A stretch of 64,000 bases of DNA from Alphaproteobacteria bacterium (GTDB taxonomy: Bacteria > Pseudomonadota > Alphaproteobacteria > UBA828). Under the pieces are notes generated by a model, which did not search any database, had not been told where the DNA came from, and was given only the letters and a program-made list of their open reading frames with translations. Where the stretch lies: NCBI GenBank assembly GCA_963667785.2, contig CAXXMU010000006.1, positions 544,001 to 608,000 of the forward strand. Reading direction: 5' to 3'. This document shows positions 41,449-50,943 of this stretch, one piece after another. Positions within the stretch are counted from its first letter, which is position 1. Each line of letters opens with the position of its first letter. Both the position numbers and the translations under genes were made by a program.

Positions 41449-42609
41449 CTAGCCGGCCCCGCCGACCATGATGGCCTGACCGGGCCGGAGGCGCTCGTTG
41501 CCGCGCACCACGACCGGCTCGCCCGGACCCAGTCCGCCCAGCACCTCGAACCGGCCGCCCACGGCATCGCCGAGCTGGACGGGACGGATCTGCGCCTGGC
41601 CGTCCTCGGCGACATAGACGAAGGCCTGGCCCTGGTTGCGGACGATGGCGTCCTTGTGCACGGTGAGCACCTGGCGGCCGGGGCCGGCCGGCAGCACCAC
41701 CGTCAGCGACTGATTGACCGCAAGCGGCTTGCTGACCGCGCCAAAGAGCGGGGTGAACCTGACCTGTCGGGTGCGGGTGAGGGCGTTCTCCTCCGGCACG
41801 ACGGCGCGGACCGTCGCCGTATGCTCGGTGCCGTCATCGAGAACGATGGAGACGGACGTGCCGGCCTCCAGCCCCGCGATCCGGCTCGACGGCACGTCGG
41901 CCTCGACCTCGAGGTCGCCGTCGTTGACCAGGGAGACGACCCGGTCGCCGACGCCGAGCCAGGCGCCGACCTCGGTGTGAACGAGGGTGATCACGCCCGG
42001 GTAGGGCGCCGCGATCGTGGCCCACGAGAGGTCGATCTCGGCCAGCGACAGGCCTGCGGACGCGCTGACCCGGGTCGCGTCCGCCGTGCCGATGGCGCTC
42101 TCGGCGATGATCACTTCCTGGCGCGCGTCCTCGAAGCGGCTCTGGCTGAACGCCGCCGAGTTCCTGAGCCCTTCGAGGCGTCGCATCTCCTGACGGCGGA
42201 GCGCCGCCTGCGCCGTCAGCCTCTCCACCTGGGCCTGCGCCTCGTTGACGAGGGCCGCAAGCCGGTCGCGCTCGGAGCGGAGACGGACGGTGTCGAGCAC
42301 GGCGATCGTGTCGCCCGTCGCCACGCGGTCGCCGACGGTGACGTGGAGCCGGGCGACCGGGCCGGCGGTCCGTGCCGCGACCTCGCCGGCCCGCAGCGCG
42401 ACCAGGCGCCCGATCACCGGCACGGTCTGCACCGTGGCCTCCATGCGCACCTCGTCGACGGAGACCACGGCGGGCGGCTGCTGGGCGCGCCCCTCGGGCA
42501 CGTCCGCCCCGAGCCAGAGCCAGGCGGTCGCGGCTGCGGCCAGGACGGCGGCGGCGACGCGCGCAAGGCCGGGACGAGGCGGGCGTCCGTGGCGGCGGCG
42601 GGCGTGCAT
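41449..42609 (-). CDS. RND periplasmic adaptor (MFP)
   Basis: Lipoyl-like GDRV..GD, helical hairpin, IAAPYPG and GNERLRPG motifs. Confidence 0.92.
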   Translation of the reverse strand: MHARRRHGRPPRPGLARVAAAVLAAAATAWLWLGADVPEGRAQQPPAVVSVDEVRMEATVQTVPVIGRLVALRAGEVAARTAGPVARLHVTVGDRVATGDTIAVLDTVRLRSERDRLAALVNEAQAQVERLTAQAALRRQEMRRLEGLRNSAAFSQSRFEDARQEVIIAESAIGTADATRVSASAGLSLAEIDLSWATIAAPYPGVITLVHTEVGAWLGVGDRVVSLVNDGDLEVEADVPSSRIAGLEAGTSVSIVLDDGTEHTATVRAVVPEENALTRTRQVRFTPLFGAVSKPLAVNQSLTVVLPAGPGRQVLTVHKDAIVRNQGQAFVYVAEDGQAQIRPVQLGDAVGGRFEVLGGLGPGEPVVVRGNERLRPGQAIMVGGAG

Positions 42610-43058
42610 CAGGCCTCTCTCCCCTCAGCGGGGCCTGCGCCGGGCTGCGGCACGGCGGACACGGCACGCTCGATGGCGACCTTCTCCGGCGACGCCATGC
42701 GCCCGCTCGCCCGCGCGTCGGCGGGCCGCATGAAGAGCAGCTCGAGCGGCTCGCCGGGGGGCGTCACCGGCTCGCCGTCGCCTCTCACCTCGTAGAAGAG
42801 GGGCGTGTAGAGGCCGTGGATCCAGTGGCTGTAGAGGGTGCCCGGCGCGTGCAGGAGGCGGATCGGCTCGACTTTCAGGCTCCCCTCCTCCACGAACTCG
42901 CGCCTGAGCGCCTCTTCGGGCGTCTCTCCGGGCTCGACCGCGCCGCCGGGAAGCTTCAGCACATCGCGCCCCCCCACCCGCTCTGCCGCGATCAGCAGGC
43001 GATCGTCGCGCAGCAGCACGCCATAGACGCGCAGATTCGCCGGGCCCTGCAGGGTCAC
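42609..43058 (-). CDS. NUDIX hydrolase
   Basis: Nudix box GGAVEPGETPEEALRREFVEEG; stop overlaps the MFP start; GTG start estimated. Confidence 0.88.
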   Translation of the reverse strand: MTLQGPANLRVYGVLLRDDRLLIAAERVGGRDVLKLPGGAVEPGETPEEALRREFVEEGSLKVEPIRLLHAPGTLYSHWIHGLYTPLFYEVRGDGEPVTPPGEPLELLFMRPADARASGRMASPEKVAIERAVSAVPQPGAGPAEGREA

Positions 43059-43210
43059 GATCCCTCCCCCTTCATCCTGCGGCGCGTAGCATGCAGCCTG
43101 CCGCCCGCCGTTTCTACACGAAGCGCGGTCGTCGGTCACAAGGGCGCCGACCGGCGAGAGACGCATGGCGCCTCGGCCCGGGCCGGGCTATAAGCCCCGG
43201 CGGAGGAACG

Positions 43211-44266
43211 ATGGCAGAAACGCTCCGAAGCGACGCCGCGGTCGGCATCATCGCCAATCCCGCCGCCGGCCGCGACATCAGGCGCCTGGTCGCCCAGGCA
43301 TCGGTGTTTCCGATCGCCGAGAAGCGCAACATGATCACGCGCATCTTCGCGGCGCTGGGCGCCGTCGGCGTGCACACCTGCTACCTGATACCCGACGAGA
43401 GCGGAATCGCCGACCGGGTGAAGCGGGCGGTCGGGCTGGGCCCGCCCGAGGGGCAGAGGTGGCCCGAGGTGGCGTTTCTCGACATGCCGATCGAGGAATC
43501 GCCGGCCGACACGCTCGAGGGCACCGCCCGCATGGTGGAACGCGGCGTCGGCGGGATCATGGTGCTCGGCGGCGACGGCACCAACCGGCTGGTCGCCCAG
43601 GCCTGCGACGGCGTGCCGCTCACCTCGCTCTCCACCGGCACCAACAACGTCTTCCCCATGATGCGCGAGGCGACCATCGCCGGACTCGCGGCGGGCCTGG
43701 TGGCGACCGGCGCGCTCACGCGTGACGAGGCCGCGCGCCGCAACAAGCTGCTCCGGGTGACGGTCAACGGCACGCCGCGCGACATCGCGCTTGTCGACGT
43801 GTGCGTCAGCGGCGCGGCATGGACCGGCGCGAAGGCGCTGTGGCGCGCGGACGCGCTCGACCAGCTCTTCGTCACTTTCGCCGAGGCCGACGCCATCGGC
43901 CTCTCCTCCATCGCGGGCCTGCTGCGCCCGGTCTCGCGCGACGCGGCGCACGGCGTCGCCCTCGACCTGGCCGCGGCGCCGGGCGCGGCGCGGCGGGTAT
44001 CGGCGCCGCTCGCGCCGGGGCTGATGGCGGAGATCGGGGTCGAGCGGGTATGCGACATCGAAGCCGGCGTCCCCCATCCCATCCGGCTCACGCGGGGCGT
44101 GGTGGCGCTCGACGGCGAGCGCGAAATCGCCTTCGGCCCCGACGACAGGATGGCGGTGGTGCTGGAGCCCGACGGCCCCTTCACGGTCGAGGTGCCGCGC
44201 GCCATGGAGCTCGCGGCCCGCAGCGGACTGCTGGAGCAGGGCGCGGCCACCAGCCTCCAGGGGTAG
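43211..44266 (+). CDS. acoX: ATP-NAD kinase-like protein (AcoX family)
   Basis: IIANPAAGRDIRRLVA, LGGDGT, STGTNNVFP and ALDGERE motifs. Confidence 0.82.
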   Translation: MAETLRSDAAVGIIANPAAGRDIRRLVAQASVFPIAEKRNMITRIFAALGAVGVHTCYLIPDESGIADRVKRAVGLGPPEGQRWPEVAFLDMPIEESPADTLEGTARMVERGVGGIMVLGGDGTNRLVAQACDGVPLTSLSTGTNNVFPMMREATIAGLAAGLVATGALTRDEAARRNKLLRVTVNGTPRDIALVDVCVSGAAWTGAKALWRADALDQLFVTFAEADAIGLSSIAGLLRPVSRDAAHGVALDLAAAPGAARRVSAPLAPGLMAEIGVERVCDIEAGVPHPIRLTRGVVALDGEREIAFGPDDRMAVVLEPDGPFTVEVPRAMELAARSGLLEQGAATSLQG

Positions 44267-44372
44267 CCCGCAGCGCAGCGCAGACCATGACCATGGTGAG
44301 AAATGCGGGTTAAGGGCTTGCCCGGCGGCAGGCTTCCGCTAACATGCGCGGCGGTAACCGACGGGGGCAGCC

Positions 44373-44645
44373 GTGTCGTCTTCGAGCAACCATCGATTCC
44401 GCGGATTGCGCCGGCTGTGGCGCTCCGGCGAAGGGCCGGCGCTGCTGGCTTCGCTGCTCTTCTGCGTCATCACGAGCATCTTCATGGCGGACATGCTGCC
44501 GGCGGAAGACGGCTACGGCATGGTCGGGGTCCTCTTCATCTACGTCACGGTGTTCGTGCTGGTGTCGGGAATCTTCCGCATGATACTCGCGCCGGTGATG
44601 CGGCGGTGGGTGAACCCCCGCACGGGGAGCGAAGACGCGGCCTGA
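44373..44645 (+). CDS. Small two-TM hypothetical protein
   Basis: Two hydrophobic segments; fills the gap between co-oriented genes. Confidence 0.5.
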   Translation: MSSSSNHRFRGLRRLWRSGEGPALLASLLFCVITSIFMADMLPAEDGYGMVGVLFIYVTVFVLVSGIFRMILAPVMRRWVNPRTGSEDAA

Positions 44646-44683
44646 CGGCCTGACCGCGCCGTCGGCAGTCGCGCGCGCGCTTC

Positions 44684-45679
44684 TTGTCCCTCCAGGAGCC
44701 TCCGCCAGCTAGCGACCTCTCCGCGATCCGACACGGACGCGCCCGCCGCTGGGCCGCGCGGCCGGCGGGGTTCTGGCTTGCGGTCGCGCTGCTCTTCCTC
44801 ACCGGCATCCTCTACGGACTGAGCTATTCGCTCACCGGCGTCGCCATCGCGAACGGCGTGCCCTTCACCAGCTTCGTGCTCTGGATGGGCATGGGCGGCG
44901 CTGCAGTCTCCCTGCTGATCGCGCTCGCCCAGGGGCGGCCGCCGCCGCTCTCGTGGCGCCACGTGAGCTCGTACACCGTCGCCGGCGTCTCCGGCTACGG
45001 CGTGCCCTACCTCACCGTGGGCTACGTCAGCGGCGAGGGCGTGCCGGCGGGCATCATCAGCATGCTCGTGGCGCTCTCGCCCATCCTCACCTATGCGGGC
45101 GCGCTCGCGTTCAGGCTGGAGGCCGTCTGGTGGCCGCGGGTCCTCGGCTTCGCCATCGGCATCGTCGGCGTCGCGCTGCTGGTCGTGCCCGAGACGAGCC
45201 TGCCGTCCCGCGAGCTGGTGCCGTGGATCCTGCTCACCCTGATGCTGCCCATCGGCTACGCGACGACCAGCCTCGCCACGGCGCTGCTGCGCCCGCCTGC
45301 AACCGAATCGCTCCACTTCGCGTTCGGCTTCTTCTTCTTCGGCTCGCTGCCGATCCTCGCGCTGACCGCGGCGACCGACGGCTGGTGGTGGTTCGACGGC
45401 CGGATGGACCCCGGCGACTGGGCGCTGATCACCGTCATCTTCGTCCAGGCCCTCGGGATCTACCTGTTCGTCGAGCTGATCCGCTTCCTGGGGCCGGTGT
45501 TCTTCTCGACGGTGAACTTCATCGTCGCGCTCGCCGGCATCGGCTGGGGCTTCCTGTTCTTCGGCGAGCGCCACAGCCACTGGGTCTGGCTCGCGCTGCT
45601 CTGCCTCATGGTGGGTGTCTTCTTCGTGATCCTGCGCCGCCGCGAGCGGCCGGCGCAGGCCGAGGACGCGCCGGGCTAG
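44684..45679 (+). CDS. DMT/EamA-family transporter
   Basis: About 10 TM segments; ALSPILT and WGFLFFGE motifs; start uncertain. Confidence 0.85.
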   Translation: MSLQEPPPASDLSAIRHGRARRWAARPAGFWLAVALLFLTGILYGLSYSLTGVAIANGVPFTSFVLWMGMGGAAVSLLIALAQGRPPPLSWRHVSSYTVAGVSGYGVPYLTVGYVSGEGVPAGIISMLVALSPILTYAGALAFRLEAVWWPRVLGFAIGIVGVALLVVPETSLPSRELVPWILLTLMLPIGYATTSLATALLRPPATESLHFAFGFFFFGSLPILALTAATDGWWWFDGRMDPGDWALITVIFVQALGIYLFVELIRFLGPVFFSTVNFIVALAGIGWGFLFFGERHSHWVWLALLCLMVGVFFVILRRRERPAQAEDAPG

Positions 45680-45736
45680 ACGCCCGCCGGGGGGCGGCGC
45701 CGACCCCGCTCCCCGCCGGCCGGCACAGTCTCAGCC

Positions 45737-46612
45737 ATGTCGATCGCCCATACCGCGCTGGTAATCGCCGTGACCGGCTTCTGGGGCTTCACGTTCGTGG
45801 TCATGCGGGAGCTGCTCGACGTCCTGCCGCCCCTGATGCTGGCCGGGCTCCGGGTGGCCACCGCCGCGCTACCGGTGCTCGTGCTCATCCGGCCGCCCGC
45901 GATCCCCTGGTACTGGACCGTCGGCATGGGCCTGAGCCAGGGACTGGTGCAGATGGCGCTGCTGCTGTTCGGCATCGATGCAGGCATGCCGGCGGGCCTC
46001 AGCTCGCTCGTGCTGCAATCCCAGGTGTTCTTCACCACCTTCTTCGCCTTCGTGATCCTGGGCGAGAAGCCGGGGCGCGCCCAGTATGCCGGCATCGCCG
46101 TCTCCGGCGCCGGCATGGCGATCATCGGTCTCACGCTGCCGGGCGGGCCGACGCTTGCGGGCCTCGGCTTCGTCATCGGCGCGGCGGTGAGCTGGGCAAT
46201 CTCCAACATGATCATCAAGCTGGCCGGCACCGACGATCTGCTGCGGCTGCTCGCCTGGGCGCACCTCATCGGCGTGCTGCCCCTGCTCGCGCTCTCCTAC
46301 GTTTTCGAGGGCGGGGCGGCGGCCTTCATCGCGCTCACCGATATCGGCTGGATCACCATCGGCGAGCTGTTCTTTCTCGGGCTGATCTCCACCTGCTTCG
46401 GCTTCATGCTGTGGAGCTACCTGCTGCGCCGCTATCCGGCCTACCTGGTGACGCCGTTCTCGCTCGTCATCCCCGTCGCGGGCCTTATCAGCACCGCGCT
46501 GCTGCTCGACGAGAGCCTGGGGCCGACGCGGCTGGTCGGCGTCGGGCTGGTCTTCCTGGGGCTCGTGTTCGGCACGGTCGGTTTCCGTCCCCACCGCCGC
46601 GCGCGGCCGTAG
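45737..46612 (+). CDS. EamA-family exporter (O-acetylserine/cysteine exporter-like)
   Basis: WGFTFVV, GMPAGLSSLVLQSQVFFT and LLRRYPA..VTPFSL motifs. Confidence 0.88.
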   Translation: MSIAHTALVIAVTGFWGFTFVVMRELLDVLPPLMLAGLRVATAALPVLVLIRPPAIPWYWTVGMGLSQGLVQMALLLFGIDAGMPAGLSSLVLQSQVFFTTFFAFVILGEKPGRAQYAGIAVSGAGMAIIGLTLPGGPTLAGLGFVIGAAVSWAISNMIIKLAGTDDLLRLLAWAHLIGVLPLLALSYVFEGGAAAFIALTDIGWITIGELFFLGLISTCFGFMLWSYLLRRYPAYLVTPFSLVIPVAGLISTALLLDESLGPTRLVGVGLVFLGLVFGTVGFRPHRRARP

Positions 46613-46703
46613 AGGCGCGTACCGCACACACGGCGCGCGCGACACTGGCGACCGCGGCGCCGGGCGGGTACTCTCCGGTCCGATCACCCGGAAAGGACGC
46701 GAC

Positions 46704-47570
46704 ATGCTCGCCCGCACCCTCGCCGCAACAGGACTGGCGCTCGCTCTCGCCGTGGCCGCCGCAGGGCCGGCACCGGCGGAAACCGTCTGCGATCCCGACA
46801 AGGCGGGTGAAGGCGAGTGCGATCCGGGCACCGCCGGCGGCGCCGCGGCCGAAGGCGCCGCCGCCCCCGCCGTCGTCACCCACGATCTGCCGGTGGACGC
46901 GATCCGGCAGATCATTCGCGACTACCTCCTCGAGAACCCGGAGGTGCTGGTCGAGGTCCAGCAGGCGCTGCAGGCCAAGCAGGACGCGGCGGAAGCGGAG
47001 CAGGCGCGGCAGGCCATCGAGCGTCATCGCGACGAGATTTTTTCCGACCCGGAGGCGCCGGTCGCGGGCAATCCCGAGGGCGCGATCACGCTGGTCGAGT
47101 TCTTCGACTATCGCTGCGGCTACTGCAAGCGGGTGAAGCCGACCCTGGAGACCCTGCTCGCGGAGAACGACGACCTGCGCCTCGTCTACAAGGAGTTTCC
47201 GATCCTCGGGCCGGAATCGGCCGAAGCGGCGCAGGCGGCATTGGCCGCGCGCGCGCAGGGCCTCTACGAGCCGTTTCACTGGGCGCTGCTGGAGGTCGAG
47301 GGCGCGCTCGACTCCGCGACCATCATGGAGGTCGCCCGCTCCGTCGGCCTCGACAGCGAGCGGCTCGCGCGCGACATGGAGGACCCCGCCATCACCGACG
47401 TGATCGCGCGCAACTACGCGCTCGCCGACGCCCTCGGCATAAGGGGCACGCCGGGCTTCGTCATCGGCGACCGCCTGATCCGCGGCGCGCTGCCGATCGC
47501 GCGCTTCCGCGCCGCCATCGCCGATGCGCGCGCGGCCCTGGAGGACGGTGCCGGCGCCGCAGCCAACTAG
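46704..47570 (+). CDS. DsbA-family (Com1/ScsC-like) thiol-disulfide oxidoreductase
   Basis: Signal peptide; YLLENPEV, EFFDYRCGYCK and GTP motifs. Confidence 0.92.
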   Translation: MLARTLAATGLALALAVAAAGPAPAETVCDPDKAGEGECDPGTAGGAAAEGAAAPAVVTHDLPVDAIRQIIRDYLLENPEVLVEVQQALQAKQDAAEAEQARQAIERHRDEIFSDPEAPVAGNPEGAITLVEFFDYRCGYCKRVKPTLETLLAENDDLRLVYKEFPILGPESAEAAQAALAARAQGLYEPFHWALLEVEGALDSATIMEVARSVGLDSERLARDMEDPAITDVIARNYALADALGIRGTPGFVIGDRLIRGALPIARFRAAIADARAALEDGAGAAAN

Positions 47571-47799
47571 CCCCCTTTTCGTTCAGACTCGATCGCGGCG
47601 AGTTGCCGCGGGTGCCCACTCCCGGTGCGGTGCCGCCCGCGCTTCCCCCACCTCACCCCGGCCCTCTCCTCCCCGTCGGGGAGGAGAGGGAGTAACGGGC
47701 GTCGACGCTTTCTTTCCCCCTCCTCCTGGGAGGAGGGGGTAGGGGGAGGTGGGAGGCGTTCGGATCGTCGAGAACCCGGCAGGTCGGAAGACTCTCTCT
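47567..47799 (+). repeat. Composite element copy 6 (arm type B, degenerate right end)
   Basis: Begins at the CTAG of the dsbA stop; TTTTCGTTCAGAC arm and hairpin core; ends GGTCGGAAGACTCTCT. Confidence 0.8.
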
Positions 47800-47931
47800 G
47801 CCGCGCTCGCGACCTTTATGCGCCGCTACCGACCGGGGACCCCGGACGATGGTGCGGTGCAAAGCGCGGGCGGCGGGGGCTCCAATGGCCGGTTCGCGTA
47901 CCGACGCAAATACCGACGGAAAGGAGCCATC

Positions 47932-48813
47932 GTGGCCAGCAGGAAACAGATCAGGGCCAACCGCCGCAACGCCCGCAGGAGCACCGGGCCGAAGACCGCC
48001 GCCGGCAAGGCGGCCTCGGCCGCCAACGCCCTCCGCCACGGCCTCAGCGCCGCAGACACCGTGGTGCTGCCGGACGAGGATGTCGAGGCCTTCGAGGAGA
48101 TGCAGCGGGGCGTGCTCGCCGACCTCGACCCCAAGGACACGCTCCAGACGGTGCTCGCCCAGCGCATCGTCGTGCTGCTCTGGCGCCTCGACCGCGTCGC
48201 CCGGCTGGAGGCCGAGCTTTTCGTCCACGGCACCCTCGAGTGGCGTAGCGACAGGTTGAGCGTGGCGGGGCGGCGGGGCGCCGTGCGGGGCGCTCTCGTC
48301 CGCATGCAGCGGGAGGGGCACGAGTCCGCGGACGCGTTCCGCGAAGTCATGGAGGAGACGGACCGGGTCGATGACGACATCCAGGACGAGATTCTGAGGC
48401 GGGCGCCCTCGGCGCGGACCCTGGTGGAGCGGGACGAGAGCGGCAAGGCGTTCGACCGCCTGGCGCGGCACGAGGGAGCGCTGCAGCGCGCGCTGCACCG
48501 AACGCTGGAGGAGCTCGGCCGGCGTCGCCGGGCGTGGAGGCGGCAGGCGACGGGCGATCCCGATTTCGGGCCGTCCCGCTTCGAGGGCACCGAGCCGCCG
48601 TGGGAGGGAGATGTGCCTGACGAGGGCGAGGCCGATGCCCTTGCCGCTCAGGCGGGCGAGAACGGGTTTCTGCAAAACGAAGCCAATTCGGCGCAAGCCC
48701 TTGATGCCGCAGCCTCTTCGCCCCGCTCGCCCGCCTCGCCCTCCGTCGCCGATTCGCCGGAGATCCTGACGACCGGCCCGCCCGCGTCCTGGGGCACGCT
48801 TCCCGCCCCCTGA
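47932..48813 (+). CDS. Hypothetical protein with N-terminal ANRRNA..STGPKT..GK..S..NALRHGL motif
   Basis: AAGGAG RBS before GTG 47932; basic N-terminal motif, helical core, low-complexity tail. Confidence 0.75.
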   Translation: MASRKQIRANRRNARRSTGPKTAAGKAASAANALRHGLSAADTVVLPDEDVEAFEEMQRGVLADLDPKDTLQTVLAQRIVVLLWRLDRVARLEAELFVHGTLEWRSDRLSVAGRRGAVRGALVRMQREGHESADAFREVMEETDRVDDDIQDEILRRAPSARTLVERDESGKAFDRLARHEGALQRALHRTLEELGRRRRAWRRQATGDPDFGPSRFEGTEPPWEGDVPDEGEADALAAQAGENGFLQNEANSAQALDAAASSPRSPASPSVADSPEILTTGPPASWGTLPAP

Positions 48814-48889
48814 GACGCGCCCGGCGGCCGGTCCGCCGCCGCCGCAGCGGGGAAGAAAGCGCCGGAGAGGGGGGAGCCGGCGAGCGGCG

Positions 48890-48921
48890 CAAAGAAGAAG
48901 GGCGGGCCCGAAGGCCCGCCC
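48890..48921 (-). terminator. Rho-independent terminator of the amt operon
   Basis: On the minus strand GGGCGGGCC-TTCG-GGCCCGCCC followed by TTCTTCTTT. Confidence 0.8.
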
Positions 48922-48950
48922 CGCAAGAGTGCGTCGTCGGACGTGCGAGG

Positions 48951-49205
48951 TCAGGTCTTGATCTGGACCTCGTCCGCCGTCGCGATCGCGCCGGTGGCAT
49001 GGTGCATGGCGCGCTCCATGCCGACCTCGCGGTAAAGCTTCACCGCCTCGCGATACTCGACCTCCTCCTGGCGTATCTGGAAGCAGTGCCAGATGAGCCA
49101 GAGGGCCACGAGAATGCCGAGCATCGCCGTCTCGGCGCCCACGCCTGGATACATGGCGCCGATATCGGCAGGATTGCTGAAGGAGTCCAAGCCGGTGGAA
49201 GCCAT
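48951..49205 (-). CDS. Small single-TM protein co-transcribed with amt
   Basis: GAGG RBS; 9 nt after the amt stop; IGAMYPGVGAE followed by one TM helix. Confidence 0.75.
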   Translation of the reverse strand: MASTGLDSFSNPADIGAMYPGVGAETAMLGILVALWLIWHCFQIRQEEVEYREAVKLYREVGMERAMHHATGAIATADEVQIKT

Positions 49206-49214
49206 CTTCGCCTC

Positions 49215-50621
49215 CTATTCCTTGGCGTAGGTGCGCTCGATCTTCTCGAACGCCGTTTCCTGGTGCGCGTGGTAGGGATAGGCATCGCCGAGTTGATGCG
49301 TATCCAGACCCGCGAGCTCGACCTCGCGCGGCACCCGCAGCATCTTGAAGTACTGCAGGATCCGGGCCAGGACGTAGCAGGGCAGGAAGCCCAGCACCCA
49401 GAACATGATGATGGCCCCCAGTATCTGGCCGACCGGGTTGATCTGCGGCAGGCCCTCCGGGGTTTCGAACAGCGCGATCGACGCCTCGCGTGCCTCGTAG
49501 CTGCCGAACATCGGGCTCGCGGCCGGATAGCCCCAGAGCACGAAGCCGCAGACGACCACGCCGAAGAAGCCGGCATAGCCGTGCACGGCGACCGCGCCGA
49601 CGGCGTCGTCGATCTTGAACCGGCGCTCGACCCAGCGATGCACGTAGATCATCACCACCACGCCAGCCGCTCCGATGAAGAGCGCCTGCAGCGGGTGATA
49701 GAGGTCGTTGCCGGCAGAGGCCGCGATGATGCCGCCGAGGCCACCGGAGTAGGTCCAGAACGGATTGCCCCGGCTGACGATGTAGGCCGCCATCAGCCCT
49801 CCCGAGAAGGACATCAGGAAGTTGAAGACGATGGCGGACAGCGTCGTCGGCATCAGATAGATGTTCGTGGCCGAGAAGAAGGTCCCTGCCTCGCCGCCGA
49901 TGTCGATGATCGGCACGTTGCAGGCCGCGTAGAAGCCCCAGAACCCGGTGAAGATCAGGAACAGACCGATCGTCACCAGCCAGGGGTTGTGCGGCTTGAT
50001 GTCGTTGACCTCTCCGTTCGGCCCGAACTTGCCGATGCGCGGCCCGAGCACGCACAGGATTGCGAGCGCCGAGCCGCCGGCGATGGCGTGTACCACGCCG
50101 GACGCATAGGCATCGTGGTAGCCGAGGATCTGCACCATCCAGCCGCCCGGGTGCCAGCCCCAGGCCGCGTCGAGGATCCAGGTGAAGGACCCGATCAGCA
50201 CCGCGAAGATGAGGAAGGCGCTGGTCTTGATGCGTTCGATCACCGCGCCCGAGACAATCGAGGCGGTGGTCCACGAGAAGAGCAGGAACGCGGCCCAGAA
50301 GACGCCGTTGATGCGATCCTGCATGTTCGTCCCCATGGCCTCGTTCCATGGTTCGGCCCACGGCGCGTCCGTGAAGCCGCCCGAGGCGAACGGGACATTG
50401 GGGAAGGAGAAGTACACGTACCAGCCGAAGAAGAAGAACGTGACGGTGACCAGCGGGATCAGCATCGTGTTCTTCATCAGGGTGTGAAGAACGTTCTTGC
50501 GCCGGGAGGCCCCCACCTCGTAGGTGCAGAACCCGGCGTGAATCAGGAACATCATCACCACCGTGATCCAGTAGTAGGATTCGGTGAAAATGACTGTCAA
50601 GGCGTCGACAGGATCACCCAT
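49215..50621 (-). CDS. amt: Divergent ammonium transporter (Amt) family protein
   Basis: IVSGAVIER, VVH, LGPRIGKF and IDDAVGAVAVHG motifs; start MGDPVD at 50621. Confidence 0.9.
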   Translation of the reverse strand: MGDPVDALTVIFTESYYWITVVMMFLIHAGFCTYEVGASRRKNVLHTLMKNTMLIPLVTVTFFFFGWYVYFSFPNVPFASGGFTDAPWAEPWNEAMGTNMQDRINGVFWAAFLLFSWTTASIVSGAVIERIKTSAFLIFAVLIGSFTWILDAAWGWHPGGWMVQILGYHDAYASGVVHAIAGGSALAILCVLGPRIGKFGPNGEVNDIKPHNPWLVTIGLFLIFTGFWGFYAACNVPIIDIGGEAGTFFSATNIYLMPTTLSAIVFNFLMSFSGGLMAAYIVSRGNPFWTYSGGLGGIIAASAGNDLYHPLQALFIGAAGVVVMIYVHRWVERRFKIDDAVGAVAVHGYAGFFGVVVCGFVLWGYPAASPMFGSYEAREASIALFETPEGLPQINPVGQILGAIIMFWVLGFLPCYVLARILQYFKMLRVPREVELAGLDTHQLGDAYPYHAHQETAFEKIERTYAKE

Positions 50622-50670
50622 AGCGCCCCCCATACCTTGCGATGCCGCCCGCCGCATTGATCTTATTGTC

Positions 50671-50685
50671 GCAAGGGCGGCCCCA
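50671..50685 (-). promoter_or_regulatory. Possible sigma54 promoter of amt
   Basis: TGGGGCCGCCCTTGC fits GG-N10-GC with TTGC, but the -24 box is imperfect; about 50 nt upstream of the ATG. Confidence 0.3.
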
Positions 50686-50943
50686 GTCGCGGACGCTAAA
50701 TCTTGAGCGCGCCGGTGCGGTATGTCCAGCACGGCCTGAGCCGGGCTGGGGATAACTCGAATTAATGGTGAAGTTACAATGGGATAGGGACTTCCGGGCA
50801 AACCACGGCACTGGAAGCCCGGATTCTGCTCGTTCACATTTCCGTCATATCGCCGAGTCGCCGGGCCGCCCCGAAAACCGGCCCCGGGGCACGCGGAGCG
50901 GCGGCGGCCGCGCCGCGCGCCCGCCAATATGAGGCGCGCGCGG

